Source: Okamejei kenojei
Taxonomy: Eukaryota
DNA length: 64,000 nt
Reading direction: 5' to 3'
NCBI GenBank assembly: GCA_035221665.1
Contig: CM069154.1
Location: forward strand, 12,400,001 to 12,464,000
Below are positions 26,265-38,469 of this stretch, in pieces. The notes under the pieces were generated by a model, which had not been told where the DNA came from, searched no databases, and saw only the letters and a program-made list of their open reading frames with translations. The translations under genes were made by a program, and so were the position numbers. The first letter of the stretch is position 1. Every line of letters starts with the position of its first letter.

Positions 26265-26605
26265 CTAGGTAGAAGTAGCGGGTGACGTCCGCCATAATGC
26301 CCCACAGCTGGAATTGGGCCTCTGCCTGCTGAAACCAGACGCGAGGACAGGCGGTCCAGAACGTAGGTAGTTTAACGGAGACTGGGTCGGCCTGTGAGGT
26401 GGACGAACGGGCGGCTCTGTCTTTTGACTCCATTATGACACCAATGGAGCGTCGGGGTCACCAATGTGGCGCGGCGATAAGCCCGAAATGAAGGCGAGGA
26501 GCCAGGTTTATTCGGGAAGTGTTGTTCTCTTGTCCGGTCGGGCCTAAACCCCTGCCCTTTATCCCTGTAGCTCAGAGCCGCCCCCGACCCTTGGGAGCCG
26601 CCACA
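26265..26605 (-). mobile_element. Gypsy-type LTR retrotransposon 5' stub: 141-bp LTR (26465-26605), tRNA-Trp PBS (26450-26463), gag N-terminus
   Basis: LTR ends TGTGGCG...CGCCACA with AATAAA on the minus strand; PBS TGGTGACCCCGACG; peptide VSVKLPTFWTACPRVWFQQAEAQFQLWGI. Confidence 0.85.
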
Positions 26606-27005
26606 GTATGTTATTTTGCTAAATAAGGTATTGTGGTAAATGTGACTATAGACATAATGGCTTTAGTTTCAATGGTGAAACTGACAAATTATTTTCTTAA
26701 GAGACAATGGTGCCTGAATACTGTCAGGAGATTACATAGAAACATTTTGTCCCCAGTACTGTTTAACTTCAAGACAGCTTTTTTTTCTGCTTGACAATTT
26801 CGCAACTAACCTTTAAATGGTTGGCGCATTCCCTATTGAAATCATGCCATTGCTTCCATGCACCTACCTTGCCGTTCTTGGGGGTCGAGTTCATGGATAT
26901 GAGAAATGCTGCCAGGGTTTAGTACGCAGCTGCAGTGCATTATGACAGCGATGCACACTGGAATCACCCTGCACGGGTGGTAGAGGGATTGAATGTTTAT
27001 AGTTC

Positions 27006-27305
27006 AGGCGACACAGTGACTCAGCGGTAGGGTTGCTGCCTTACAGCGCCAGAGACCCAGGTTTGATCCTGACCTCGGATGCTGTCCGTGTGGAGTTTGC
27101 ATGTTCTCTCTGTGACCACGTGGGTTTCCTCTGGGTGGACTGGTTTCCTCCCACATCCCAGTCTCATGCTGAGTTGTAGGTAGGTTAATTGGCCTCCTTA
27201 CAAGTGCCCCAAATGTGTTGTGGGGTAACTAGCGAGAACAGGTTGGCATGGACTCGATGGGCCAAAGGCCCAGTTTCCGTGCTGCATCTCTAAACTAAAC
27301 TAAAC
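27006..27305 (+). mobile_element. HE1-type V-SINE
   Basis: Head, V-domain, (CTAAA)3 tail. Confidence 0.85.
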
Positions 27306-27491
27306 TTGCCACCTTTGTATGTAAACTCCTGCTTCCAAGAATCCAGCAACCTTGGTATAATTGCATGTTCAGCCAACCTCTCTCCATTGTTATATTGTTG
27401 ATAGCTTTTTGATTTAACGTCTTTCACGTTTAAATTCCACTCTGTCTCTTTCCATTCTAGGTGAGAGTGAGATTTGTCTGGGGATGGAGTA

Positions 27492-27553
27492 ATGAGTGAG
27501 ACCAGGCTTGGAATAACTTCGAACAGCCCCTCCAATCCCCTGGGTACCAGCAG
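27492..27553 (+). CDS. DENND2C: DENND2C predicted first coding exon (exon 27461-27553), MSETRLGITSNSPSNPLGTS, phase-2 end
   Basis: Polypyrimidine acceptor ctctgtctctttccattctag|27461; donor CAG|gtcagt; in-frame TGA at 27462 upstream of ATG 27492; phase 2 fits the acceptor at 29785. Confidence 0.62.
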
Positions 27554-28124
27554 GTCAGTGGATCTGAGCTATTGTGCTACCCATGTACTGTTTTAATTTA
27601 ATTTGTCACGGGTTGCAGAAGTGACCGAGGTTGCCAGCGTTTATTGACCATCCCCAATTACCCTAGACCTGGTAGAGCTGCTGCCTCACAGCGCCAGAGA
27701 CCCGGGTTCCATCCTGACCTCGGGTATTGTCTGTGTGGAGTTTACACCTTCTCTCTGTTGCCATGTGGGTTTCCTTCGTTTTTCCTCCCACATCCCAAAG
27801 ACATGCGGATTTGTAGGTTAATTGCCAGTAGTGTGTAGGAAGTGGGTTGGAGAATGGGATAACAAAGAACTAGTGTGAATAAGTGATCTATGAGCGGCAT
27901 AGTCTCCGTGGGCTGAATGGTCTGTTTCCGTGCTGAATCTCTAAACTAAACTGAAGTTAGTAAAGTTAGGAATGTAAAGTTAGCGATCAACAGCAATGGT
28001 GCATTGGCGGGGGGGAAAGTATGGCAGATTTCCTTTCCTGCTGGCTGTCAGTGATGAGTCTTTGCTTCAGTTGGTGGGTTGTGCCATCGCATTTGAAATT
28101 CCAAGATTATTTAGACACAAACTT

Positions 28125-28432
28125 GGGTGGCACGGTGGCGCAGGTGTATAGTTGCTGCCTTGCAGTGCCAGAGACCTAGGTTCGACCCTGACTACAGTTA
28201 CTGTCAGTACGGAGTTTGTACGCTCTCCGTGTGACTGCGTGGGTTTTCTTCGAGTGATCCGGTTTCCTCCCACATCCCAAAGACACGCAGGTGTGTAGGT
28301 TAATTGGCCTCAGTAAAAAAATTGTGAATTGTATCCCGCGTGTAGGATAGTGAAGATGTACGGGATGGTCGCTGGTCAGCGCTGACTTGGTAGGCCGAAG
28401 AGCCTGTTTTCACCCTGTATCTCTAAAGTTTA
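28125..28432 (+). mobile_element. HE1-type V-SINE
   Basis: Head, V-domain and tail. Confidence 0.85.
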
Positions 28433-29074
28433 AAATGTCAAAGCCTGCAGATGCTAGAATCTGGGGCAAGGTAGTATTTGCCCATTCATACTAGTAGAGT
28501 CGTACAGTATGGAAACTCGCCCTTTGGCCCAACTTGTCCATGTTGTTGTTAGAGTTCGATGTTGTCCAGCTTTTTTGCATTTACTCCCTGCAGACCAGGG
28601 GCAATTTTGAGAGGTCAATTAACCTATAAACCTGCATGTCTTTAGCAGGTGGGAGGACACCAGAGGAAGCCCACACAGTCAAAGGGGAAAATGTGCAAGC
28701 TCCACAGAGACAGCGCCGGAGGTCAGGATCGAACCGGGTATCTTGGGCTCTGAGGCAGCAGCTGCGCCATCCGTTGCCTTGTGCAACGAGGCAGGAGAGA
28801 GTTGACAAATGGTCACCTCCCCCTCCTGACCCAATGCAAGTGCAGCCAGATCTCTCAAGAGGATGCACTACACTTAATAATTCAGCATTCTTCCTCCACC
28901 TCCCCCTCTCACCCCACAACATAGGGACTGTGTCTGCCCCTCACCCCGACAGCACACACCGTCTGATTCCCTCTCCGCCAAATCAGTGGCTCTTTGCCAT
29001 TCCAAAGATCTAAACCTGAATGCCTACTCCTGGAATCCTGTCACTGACTAATTGAGGCAAATATGGATTTACCT

Positions 29075-29298
29075 AAAGATAGACACAAAGTGCTGGAATA
29101 CCTCAGCAGGTCAGGTGAGAAAACGATGGGTAATAGCTGCCTGCCTCGCTGAGATACTCCAGCACTTTGTGTCTATCTTCGGTATTAGTTAGTTAGTTTA
29201 GTTTATTGTCACGGGTACAGTGAAAAGCTTTTGTTCCGTGCTAACCAGTGAAGGGAAGACGATACATGATTACCAGCACCTGCAGTTCCTTTCTACAC
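29075..29298. mobile_element. Penelope-derived fold-back element interrupted by a LINE tail
   Basis: Inverted arms AAGATAGACACAAAGTGCTGGA / TCCAGCACTTTGTGTCTATCTT. Confidence 0.7.
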
Positions 29299-29784
29299 GT
29301 ATATTTTTTTCCTGAAATATAGGATATTTTGTTATGATGCTGCAGTGAGAGGGGTTTCTGTTTGTTTAAAAAAAACAGGACCGAAAACTGAGTTGACTTT
29401 AAAAATGTTTCAATATTAATCGCACATGTTGTTTTTCTTTAATGGCGCCTACTAATGGCATTCCTTAAAAACTTCTCAATCTTATCTCATGAGTTGTCTC
29501 TGAGGTTTTTTTTTTAATGAGTGGTTGATAATGTTCTGGTAAAACTATTTTCCTTTCTGCGTTACACATGAGCAGGACGTTATCCATCCGAACTGCCAGC
29601 TCCGATGTGGTTGATCGTCAAGTGAACAATTATTAATCCTTGGCTCCATGTTCCCATTTCCCTGCCAAGTAGTACTCCCTTTTGACACTTGGCTGCCAAG
29701 TTTCCCCCCTCTTGCTGTTACGCCTCCCAGTCATATGAGTGACTAATCAGCTTTTAATACAGTCATATGTTTTTGTCTTGACAG

Positions 29785-30855
29785 CGTCAGGAACATAGTG
29801 AAAAGAATCGAAGATTCCCTGAGCCAAACCTCTTGTATTTCAACGTGCAACGTTCTCCGGAAATACAGCTGTCCTCCGACCAGGAATTTGGACCAGGTTA
29901 ACCCCAACACTGGAGGCCGGAAGGTCGAACCTTCGGGAAAGTCTGTGATCTCTGTGGACCTTGGTTCGGGCAGAACCAGGCCAAATGAGACTCCATCCCC
30001 CAGACACAGAGCATCGGGGTGGGGGGGAGGTGCTCGAGATGGACGGGTTGTGAAGAGTTTACTGGAGAAGATGCACTCATCGGGCAGTGCCCCCAATCTC
30101 GGAGATCACTTCATCCCCCGCCACCGTGCTGTCAACATTAAACAGAAGATTCTGCAATGGGAGGGGAAATCGAACGTTGTCTCCAGCACGGGCCAGCCCA
30201 CGGAGGGCACTCTATCCCCAGAGTGCGGCAGTCCACTTGCTTCTGAGGCAAAAACTGAGAGCCTGGCGGGTAGCAACAAGCGAGGCCTAGTGAAAACGAA
30301 AAGCCTGGGCCTGGATTTCAGGGAAGAATGGAATGCAAGTGACCAAAAGGTGAACAGTACTGTAGAGAAAAATGGGGGAGAAGCTAACTCGAGAGTGTTG
30401 TCTCCTGTCTTCCCTCAAGCAAAGAAAGTGGATAGTTTGGCCAAGAACACTGCAGAATCTGCAAAGCTGCTACCTCCAGGGAATTTTTACACATCCCAGA
30501 AATTTTGGAAGAAGATGCAAAGCATTCCACAGGATGAAAATGCAATATCTGCCTTGGAGCTGAAAAGGAAGCGGGAAAGCTCCAGCTCAACTGAAAAAGA
30601 CTTGGATTTGACGAATTTTAAGAACAGAGAGATTGCCAGTAGGAATACGGAGAACGTGTACAACACACATTCTGAGGAAACTGGAGAATCGCGTGCAATT
30701 AATCCCGTTCCTAAACCTCGACGGACCTTTAAATATGCTGTAGATAAAACTCCTGGTGCAAAAGAAAATGACCAGTCCACTCCCCCTCTGCCAACCCACC
30801 CCCCTCCTGCAGCCAAGACACCCGGGACACAAGCACAACTAATAAAGGCAAAAAG
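29785..30855 (+). CDS. DENND2C: DENND2C large N-terminal exon (1071 nt, phase 2-2)
   Basis: ttttgtcttgacag acceptor; AG|gtagg donor; open throughout; encodes NIKQKILQWEG, LPPGNFYTSQ, ENVYN, INPVPKPRRTFKY; internal ATG at 30071. Confidence 0.9.
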
Positions 30856-31074
30856 GTAGGCCAACCTCCATTCATTTTGGAACCGATTACTTTTGGAGGA
30901 TTGACAGTTTGGAGACCAAATTATCACACATCATTATGGCTGAAAGGTATCAGTGGATGCCAGGCTATGACACCGGGGTCTACATTGTAGCTTCCATCTG
31001 ATTTACAAGGGTTGACAATGTGAAAGCTGGCACTGAAATATCACAGTAACCAGTGCGGTTCATTTACTGCAGTA

Positions 31075-31273
31075 TGTAGAAAGGAACTGCAGATGCTGGT
31101 ATATACCGAAGATAGACACGAAGTGCTGGAGTAAATGTGCGGGTCAGGCAGCATCTCTGGAGAAAGCGGATGGGTGGGGTCTGAAGAAGAGTCCCGACCC
31201 GAAACGCCACCCATCCTTTTTCTTTAGAAATACTGCCTGACCCGTTGATTTACTCCAGCACTTTGTGTCTATC
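31075..31273. mobile_element. Penelope-derived fold-back element
   Basis: Inverted arms with CTGAAGA...GAAAC core near the apex. Confidence 0.75.
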
Positions 31274-32111
31274 ATTGTGATTTACCGCAATGTCCGATTG
31301 TAGGTAGTGTTTAATCCCGGTGTTTTGCATGTTTTCATGGCAAGTACCTGACTTTGCGTATCAAGATACTTCCGTCATCCTGTGACCACTCTGTCTCATT
31401 CTGTTGTGTTTATTGATAGGCCAAATTCAGAGCACTTCAACTGTCCAGTAGTCCATTCACAAGTTTTTGCTGATCTAACTTTTTATTTTCCTTGCTTCCC
31501 TGCCCTTTCGCCGTACTTCCTCCCCTGTCAACCAGAACGTAGACGGTTCCGCAGTAGATTGCTTACTACTATACTACTACATATCATTCTTCACCTTGCG
31601 TCCTTGTTTGAAAACTGAGTTTTAAAGTGTCAGCGCTTTCGGCAGCACAAGAAATAATAATGTAATCAGGAAGATCTTCAACCAGGATGATTCCTCTTCG
31701 CCTGTGCAAAATTGAACGATCACATGCAGGTTCCGTACAGGCAGCCATTATCGGGATCGAACCCGGGCCTCTGGCGCTGTGAGGCAGCAACTCTACTGTT
31801 GCGCCACTGTGCCACACTCGTTGCTCTTTCTGCCTTGTTTAGTACAGGTAACCACAGTGTTCTCATGGTCCAGCTGAAGAATGCTGTCCTTGTGTGGTTT
31901 CACACTTCCACCCTGAAATTGCTTCGTGTCCTGCTCCAAGAGTCTATTCTAGTTCACCTCCTATTTCAATCTATGTACACTTGACAACCTCAACCACATT
32001 TCCCGTGACTATATCCTCTCCTGCCTCACAACAGTCCAATTCATTGTCCCAGGTGGCTGTAGAGGCCGTCAATGGATATTTTTAAAGCAGAGTGTGCCCG
32101 AGTCTTGATTA

Positions 32112-32366
32112 GAAACTCGGGAGAGCTCTTGAATGAACTTGTACAGTGGGACAGGGCCATTATGACCCTGTCCCACTGTACAAGTTCATTCAAGAGCTCT
32201 CCCGAGCTTAAAAAAGAAATCAAACTTATGGTAAGCACGAAGAATGTACGTAGCGGGAACCTCGGAGCCCCGAGTACCGACGAGCGGTCATTACCATAAA
32301 TCCCCAAGTTCGAATCTGTGGAAACTCGGGAGAACTCTTGAATGAACACGTACAGTGGGACAGGGC
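32112..32366. mobile_element. Harbinger-like MITE with an extra inverted terminal copy, inside a CR1 tail
   Basis: TIR core CCCTGTCCCACTGTAC; TTA and TAA near the junctions. Confidence 0.65.
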
Positions 32367-32756
32367 TAAAAGGACTGATTCTTGATTAGCAGGGGAATGG
32401 GGTTGAGGGGGGAAAGATAGATAGATAGATCAGCCATGATTGAATGGCATAGATTTGATGAGCCGAATGGTCTAATTCTGCTCCTTGAACTTATGAACGC
32501 ACCTCTCCATCCCATTCATTATTTGTCCTACATTCAGTGTTGCTCGAGCTGAATCCTTGTTCCAGTCCACTGCCAGGAAAACCACAGCCTTTGGCTCCAG
32601 CTGCAATCTACATTCCCTCGTCATGAATCCCGTCCACGTCCTTGCCCGTTGCCAGGGAGATGAGTCACACCTTCACAACAATTTCATCTGGGGCTAAATG
32701 TCTATTCCCTTTTCCCTTTCAATCACAAAGATTGCCTGCTACCAGAGAGCTGAATG

Positions 32757-33635
32757 GCACAGGAACAGGCCCTTCAGCCCAACTGCTCCATGCTGACTAA
32801 CCTAGCTCGTTCTACTTCCCTCCCCCTGGCTCGTACGCATCCAGTCCTTTCCTATCCACATAGTAGCTGTCCAAGTGCCTTTTAAATGTTGTTATTGTAC
32901 TCACTTCTCCTACTTTCTCTGGCAGCTCGTCCCACGTACCCTCTGTGTGGAAAAAGTTTTCCCTCTGATTCTTTTTAAACCTTTCCCCGCTCACCTTAAA
33001 CCTATTCCCTCTCGTTTTAGACTTCCGTGCCTTTGGGGAAAGACTGTGGCTCTTCACCTTATCCGTAGCAGGGGTGATCTTTATCGAGGTGTATACAATT
33101 ATGAGGGGAACAGATAACATGAAGAGGCAGTGTCCTTCATCCAGAATAGGAGAGTCGAGAAGCAGAGGACATAGGTTTAATGTGAAGAGACAGATATAAT
33201 GGGAACCTGGGGCAATCTTTTTCACACAGAAGGTGTATATGGATGAAGTGGGTATATGGAGCGAGCTGTTGCTATTTGAGGCAGGTACCAAACAAATATT
33301 TAAAAGACATTTAGACAGATATGTGGATAGGAACGGTTTGGAAGGATATAGGCCAAATGCAGGCAGATGGGGCCAGTGTGGATGAGGCATCTTGGTGGGC
33401 ATAGACAATGATGGTGGGCTGACGGGCCTATTTCTGTACACTGTGACTGATTCCCAGCCACCCACGCTCAGGGGAAAGACCCAACCTGTCCAAGTCTCGT
33501 AATTCAACCACTCTGGACCCGGTAACATTCTTGTAAATGTCTTTGTGCACCCGTTACACATTGAAAACCTCCTTTCCGTAGAACAATGACCAGAACTGTC
33601 CGCAGTACTCAATGTGACTTTACCAACTTTTTGTA
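32757..33635. mobile_element. Nested opposite-orientation CR1 3' fragments (minus 32757-33066, plus 33069-33446, minus 33480-33635)
   Basis: KTRGNRFKV (minus) and SRSRGHRFNV (plus) peptides; both with HE1-like tails. Confidence 0.75.
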
Positions 33636-34424
33636 CGGCATTAATATTACGTTCTAATTCCTATACTCAGTCTGCCGACTGATAGAGACAAGTGTGCCCC
33701 GGGGGCTCCTCCCGCAGCTGGCCTTGATGGTGCAGGAGATGAGACCCCACAGATCTTCTTCCCGGCCCTTTGTCCAGCGTCCGCCGCCAACTCTGGCCCC
33801 CCCCACCCCCCTCCTCTGGTTCCCGGTCCTTGGGGGCTGAACAGAAGACGGCCTTGGATGGGGCCCCCACTCAGGACGGGTTTCCGGTTCAGCGGTGGGA
33901 GAGGGGGACCTACTTCCTGCTGGGGTATGGCCGACCTCCGCGGTCCTCTGGGATCCTCTGCTGCCCACGTCCCTTTGGCAACTTGTCCCGCATATTTATC
34001 AACCGCCATGCATCTTAAAACTTCCAGCATCTTTTCCTTTGTTAATGACTATCTTCAAGACTGGGAGAGGTTTGGCCAGTGTGGGCAAGTTGGGCTGAAG
34101 GGCCTGTTTCCACATTGTATAACTCTATAACTATTAACTTTGTCGAGTTCCTGAGCATCCATGTTTTTCTCCATGGTAAATACATTCAAGAAAGATTCAT
34201 CTACCATCTCTGCCATATCTTGTGTCCCTATACATATACAACCTTTATTTTCTCTGTTATTATTATTTTGCCCTCGATTTACTAGTAGAATCCCTGTTGA
34301 ATCTCCTTTACTTTTTATCCATTTACCACCGTCAATTTTCCTATCCTTTTTATAATGCTGCCAAAACCCATCTTCCATCCTTCATGAACCCTAAATTGAT
34401 TCAAAATGGTCTTCCAGTATCGGA

Positions 34425-34975
34425 GATAGACACAAAAAGCTGGAGTAACTCAGCGGGACAGGCAGCATCTCTGGAGAGAAGGAATGGGTGATGTTTCTGG
34501 TCGAGACCCTTCTTCTGACTGGTTAGGGATAAGGGAAACGAGAGATATAGACAATGGAGAGATAAAGAACAATGAATAAAAGAGATGCAAAAAGTAACGA
34601 TGATACAGGAAACAGGCCATTGTTAGGTGTTTGTAGGGTGAAAATGAGAAGCTAGTGCGACTTGGGTGGGGGAGGGATAGAGAGAAAGTGAATGCCGGGG
34701 CTACCTGAAGTGAGAGAAATCAATATTCATATCACTGGACTGTCCAAGCGGAATATGAGATGCTGCTCCTCCAATTTGTGTTTAGCCTCACTGTGACAAT
34801 GGAGGAGACCGAGGACAGAAAGGTCTGTGTAGGAATGGGAAGGAGAATTCAAGTGTCCAGCAACCGGGAGATCAGATGGGTTCAGGCGGGCTGAGTGAAG
34901 GTGTTCTGCGAAACGATCGCCAAGTCTGCGTTTGGTCTCGCCGATGTATAAACGTCCACATCTTGAACAATGGAT
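34425..34975 (-). mobile_element. Penelope 3' fragment with GIY-YIG endonuclease remnant
   Basis: CSRCGRLYIGETKRRLGDRFAEHL...HLNSPSH...KLEEQHLIFRL. Confidence 0.9.
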
Positions 34976-35254
34976 GTTCAAGCTTTACTCTGTTTTTGAA
35001 ATGGGTTCACGCTTCCCAATCACTGCAGGCTCCTCCAGCTCCGTGATGCCCTCAAAATCTTTCCTCTCTTCCAAACTTGGTCTTGTATCTCGCACATTTG
35101 GCCACCAATGGTTGTCCAGTCGTCACCCAACTAGGACCTGTGTTCGGAGCGTTCTAAATCTCTCTGGCTCCTTCGCCTACATACACTTGGCTCTTGGACA
35201 CCTTGGGTGCAGTAAAGACAAAACGGATGACTCGATGTTTTTAGTTTTTTTAAT

Positions 35255-35530
35255 TTTAGAGATACAGCACGGAAACAGGCCCTTTGTCTCGCCACGTCCG
35301 TGCCGACCAGCAATCTCCACACATTAACATTATCCGACACGCACCAGGGACAATTTACATTTTTGCCAACCCAATTAACCTACAAACCTGTAACGTCTTT
35401 GGAGTGTGGGAGGAAAGCGAAGCTTCCGGGGAAAACCCGCGCAGGTCACGGAGAGAACGTACAAACTCCATACCGGCAGCACCCTTAGTCGGGATCGAAC
35501 CCGGGTTTCTGCCTCTACCGTGCTGCCCTG
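35255..35530 (-). mobile_element. HE1-type V-SINE
   Basis: V-domain reverse complement. Confidence 0.8.
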
Positions 35531-35962
35531 CCTGTGGACTGGTGTGAAATTTAACTGATCACTAAACATTAAAAAATTCTACAGAGGCTTAATTCCATTA
35601 AAAGTGCCACATCAATCTGGTTGGTGGTTTTGCTGATGCTAGTTTAGCTGAGATTAGTTTATTGTCGCGTGTACTGGGGTACAGTGAGTTGGACGGTCCT
35701 GATACATGCGAGTAACCCAGGCCCAGTTTACAGTTTCACTGCATTGGGATGAAATCTTGGTGTTTTGCTTCCATGCTGGTTGTGTGATCTAATGATCCCT
35801 GTTGAGATGCAGACAGACTATGTCACAGTGAGTCACTGTTGTGGTGCTAATCTTTGGCTGAGACACTGATGAGCAAACCGTGATTCCTTCCAAGAACGGG
35901 AAGCTTCAAAATGTGTGAGTCTGTTTCCTGAGGTTGCCAATTGGTGACCATCTGCCCCGTTG

Positions 35963-36397
35963 TTTCAGCGCGGAAACAGGCCCTTCGGCCCACCGAGTTC
36001 ACGCCCACCAGCGATCCCCGTACGCTAGCGCTATCCTACACATCAGGGACAGTTTACAGTCTGTAGCGAGATGTACTTCAGAAGAAAAAGGGTCTCGACC
36101 CGAAACGTCAGACTTTCCTTCACTCCAGAGATGCTGCCTGTCCCACCAAGTTGCTGGAGTTTTTTTGCGTCTATCTTTGGTTTAAACCAGCATCTGCTGT
36201 CTTGTCCTACACTTTACCAAATCCAATTAGCCTACAAATCTGTACGTCTTTGGAGTGTGGGAGGAAACCGGAGATCCCGGAGAAAACCCAGGCAGGTCAC
36301 AGGGAGAAGGTAGAAGCTCCGTATAGACAGCACCTGTCGTGAGGATTGGATCCGGGTTTCTCGTAAGGCAGCAACTCTACCACTGCGCCACCATGCC
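35963..36397 (-). mobile_element. HE1-type V-SINE interrupted by a Penelope arm (~36075-36210)
   Basis: SINE resumes after the insert. Confidence 0.8.
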
Positions 36398-36974
36398 TCT
36401 CCCAAAAATGGACTAGCTTTTTGTATGTTGTTACAAGATCCAGATGGGAGGATCCTAAACAGTGTTTGGAATGGTAGAGAATCCTTCATAGTCTCCCACA
36501 TTAACGTTTTAAGAGTGCCAGAGGGGACTTGTCCATACCATGTTGAATTCTCTAATTTCAAGTATCTCTCTGTCCTGGGTCTCCTCCACTGTTGGAGTGA
36601 GGCCTCATGCAAATTGAAGGAACAGCACCTCATATTTCACTTGGGCAGTTTATACCCCAGCATCTGCTGTAGTTCCTTCCTACACTAGGCCTGGCTAACA
36701 TCCATGAAAACATGTTCAGGAGGGAACTGCAGATGCTGGTTTACACTGAAGATAAACACAAAATCTTGGAGTAACTCAGCGGGATAGGCAGCATCTCTGG
36801 ATAGAAGGAATGGGTGACGTTTTGGGTCAAGGCCCTTCTTCAGACTGAGTCAGGGAAGAGGGAGACATGGAAGGGTGAAGTGTGAAAACGAGAGGTATAA
36901 AAACCACGAGAACATAATGGGTCAGGCCAATGTCGGGTGGATTATTTGATAATTGCTCAACTCCATGCACTAGG

Positions 36975-37042
36975 GTGTGTGTGTGTCTGTGTGTGTGTCT
37001 CTGTGTGTGTGTGTGTGTGTCTGTGTGTGTCTGTCTGTCTGT
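36975..37042. repeat. (TG)n/(TGTC)n microsatellite
   Basis: Directly visible. Confidence 0.95.
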
Positions 37043-38469
37043 CTTAGGGGTTTGGGGGAGGCTACATGTGTTCCCCTGCTGGCTGGATGTCTGCACCAGG
37101 AGGTCAGGATCTGGATTAATCAATCTGTCTTGCACTGATTCTCACAATGAACAATGCCAGTTCGAGGGTAGTGGCAGAGGGCACTGGGATCCCGGGGGCA
37201 CCATTCCAGCAGGCAGCAAGAGAGAGAAGAATTTTGTTTCGGGAGAAAATGGCATAACAAGGGGTCTATTTTCCTTGCGTTCTGTGAGCAGTTGATGCGG
37301 GGGTTGCATTTTACGCTGTGTAACTGACCTTGCATTCCAAGCACTGTGGAGTTGGCACTTCTGTGACTAGGTCCTGTGATGTGCTTCACATACCCCCCCC
37401 CCCCATGGTCTCTGGGCGTGGCCACCTCTTCAATGGGGCACTTTGACAGCCGGAGAGGAGAATGAATGGGGCAAGTCTGCCCACGTTATCCATTGGTATT
37501 TCAACCGACCTTTAACCAGTTTAGAACATGTAACCAGAAGTGCAGAATCTCTTCAATTAAGCAGATCATGTCCAGGGAGGCATCAACTGGCATTCGCTCT
37601 TGTACTTGGGTACGAATGTGCCGAATGTACAGTAAGATCGTTGCTGAACTGTATGCAAAAAAGCATTTCACTGTACTTTGGTACGTGTCAAGTGTGTTTT
37701 TAATAGCCACATGTCCCATACAGAGCAATGACATTCTTACTTGTAGCAGCACAACAGAGTACGTAAACATAGTACTCTGTAAACAATATAATAAACAAAA
37801 AAAGTGCAGGAGAGGCGCACAGAAGTCTATATTTCAGAGCTTATTTGGAGGTGTAATAGCTGTTTAGTTGTTTAATAGCCTGATGGCTGTGGGGGAGAAG
37901 CTGTTCCTGAACCTGGACATTCGAGTTTGCAGATATAAATCATCTTCCCAATGATGGGAGTGAAATGAGTGTGTGGCCAGGGTGGTGTGGGTCTCTGGTG
38001 ATGCTTGATGGTGGTGGGGTTAGTACCTGTGATGGTCAATAAAGTACCAGTTCACCAAATAAAACTTCATTCTTGGCAAAGAAAGAAAGTCCACGTATTC
38101 TACCTCCTCGGCTAATCTTTGATGAAAGTGTGGGGAAAAGTGACACCTACTCTGGGAATGGGATTCGCTACTGTAGGAGAAATCCTGGCTTGATTGCTTC
38201 CCCTCCACTTGAGTATTCGGATCTGGATTGTGCCTGTTGGCTGTAACGAGCTGTTGAAATGACCCAGTTTATTTATCTGTTGGTTTGTGATGAGCGTTCT
38301 GTGCTCTGATGTGGGAAGAGTTTCCAAAGGGAAAGATCCAAGGATGTTCTTCAAGCATCATTAGGGTAGGGACGGTGGGAACCCCTGACCCATAGCGTGA
38401 GTCCTGCTCGACGTGGAGAAGGACCATTCAAGAAGATATTGAGAACCTCATGTCCCTGTGTCAGAAGGT

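Noticed and set aside
32812-33612. 266-aa minus-strand ORF
   Set aside because: Chance read-through across nested, oppositely oriented CR1 fragments; not a coherent protein
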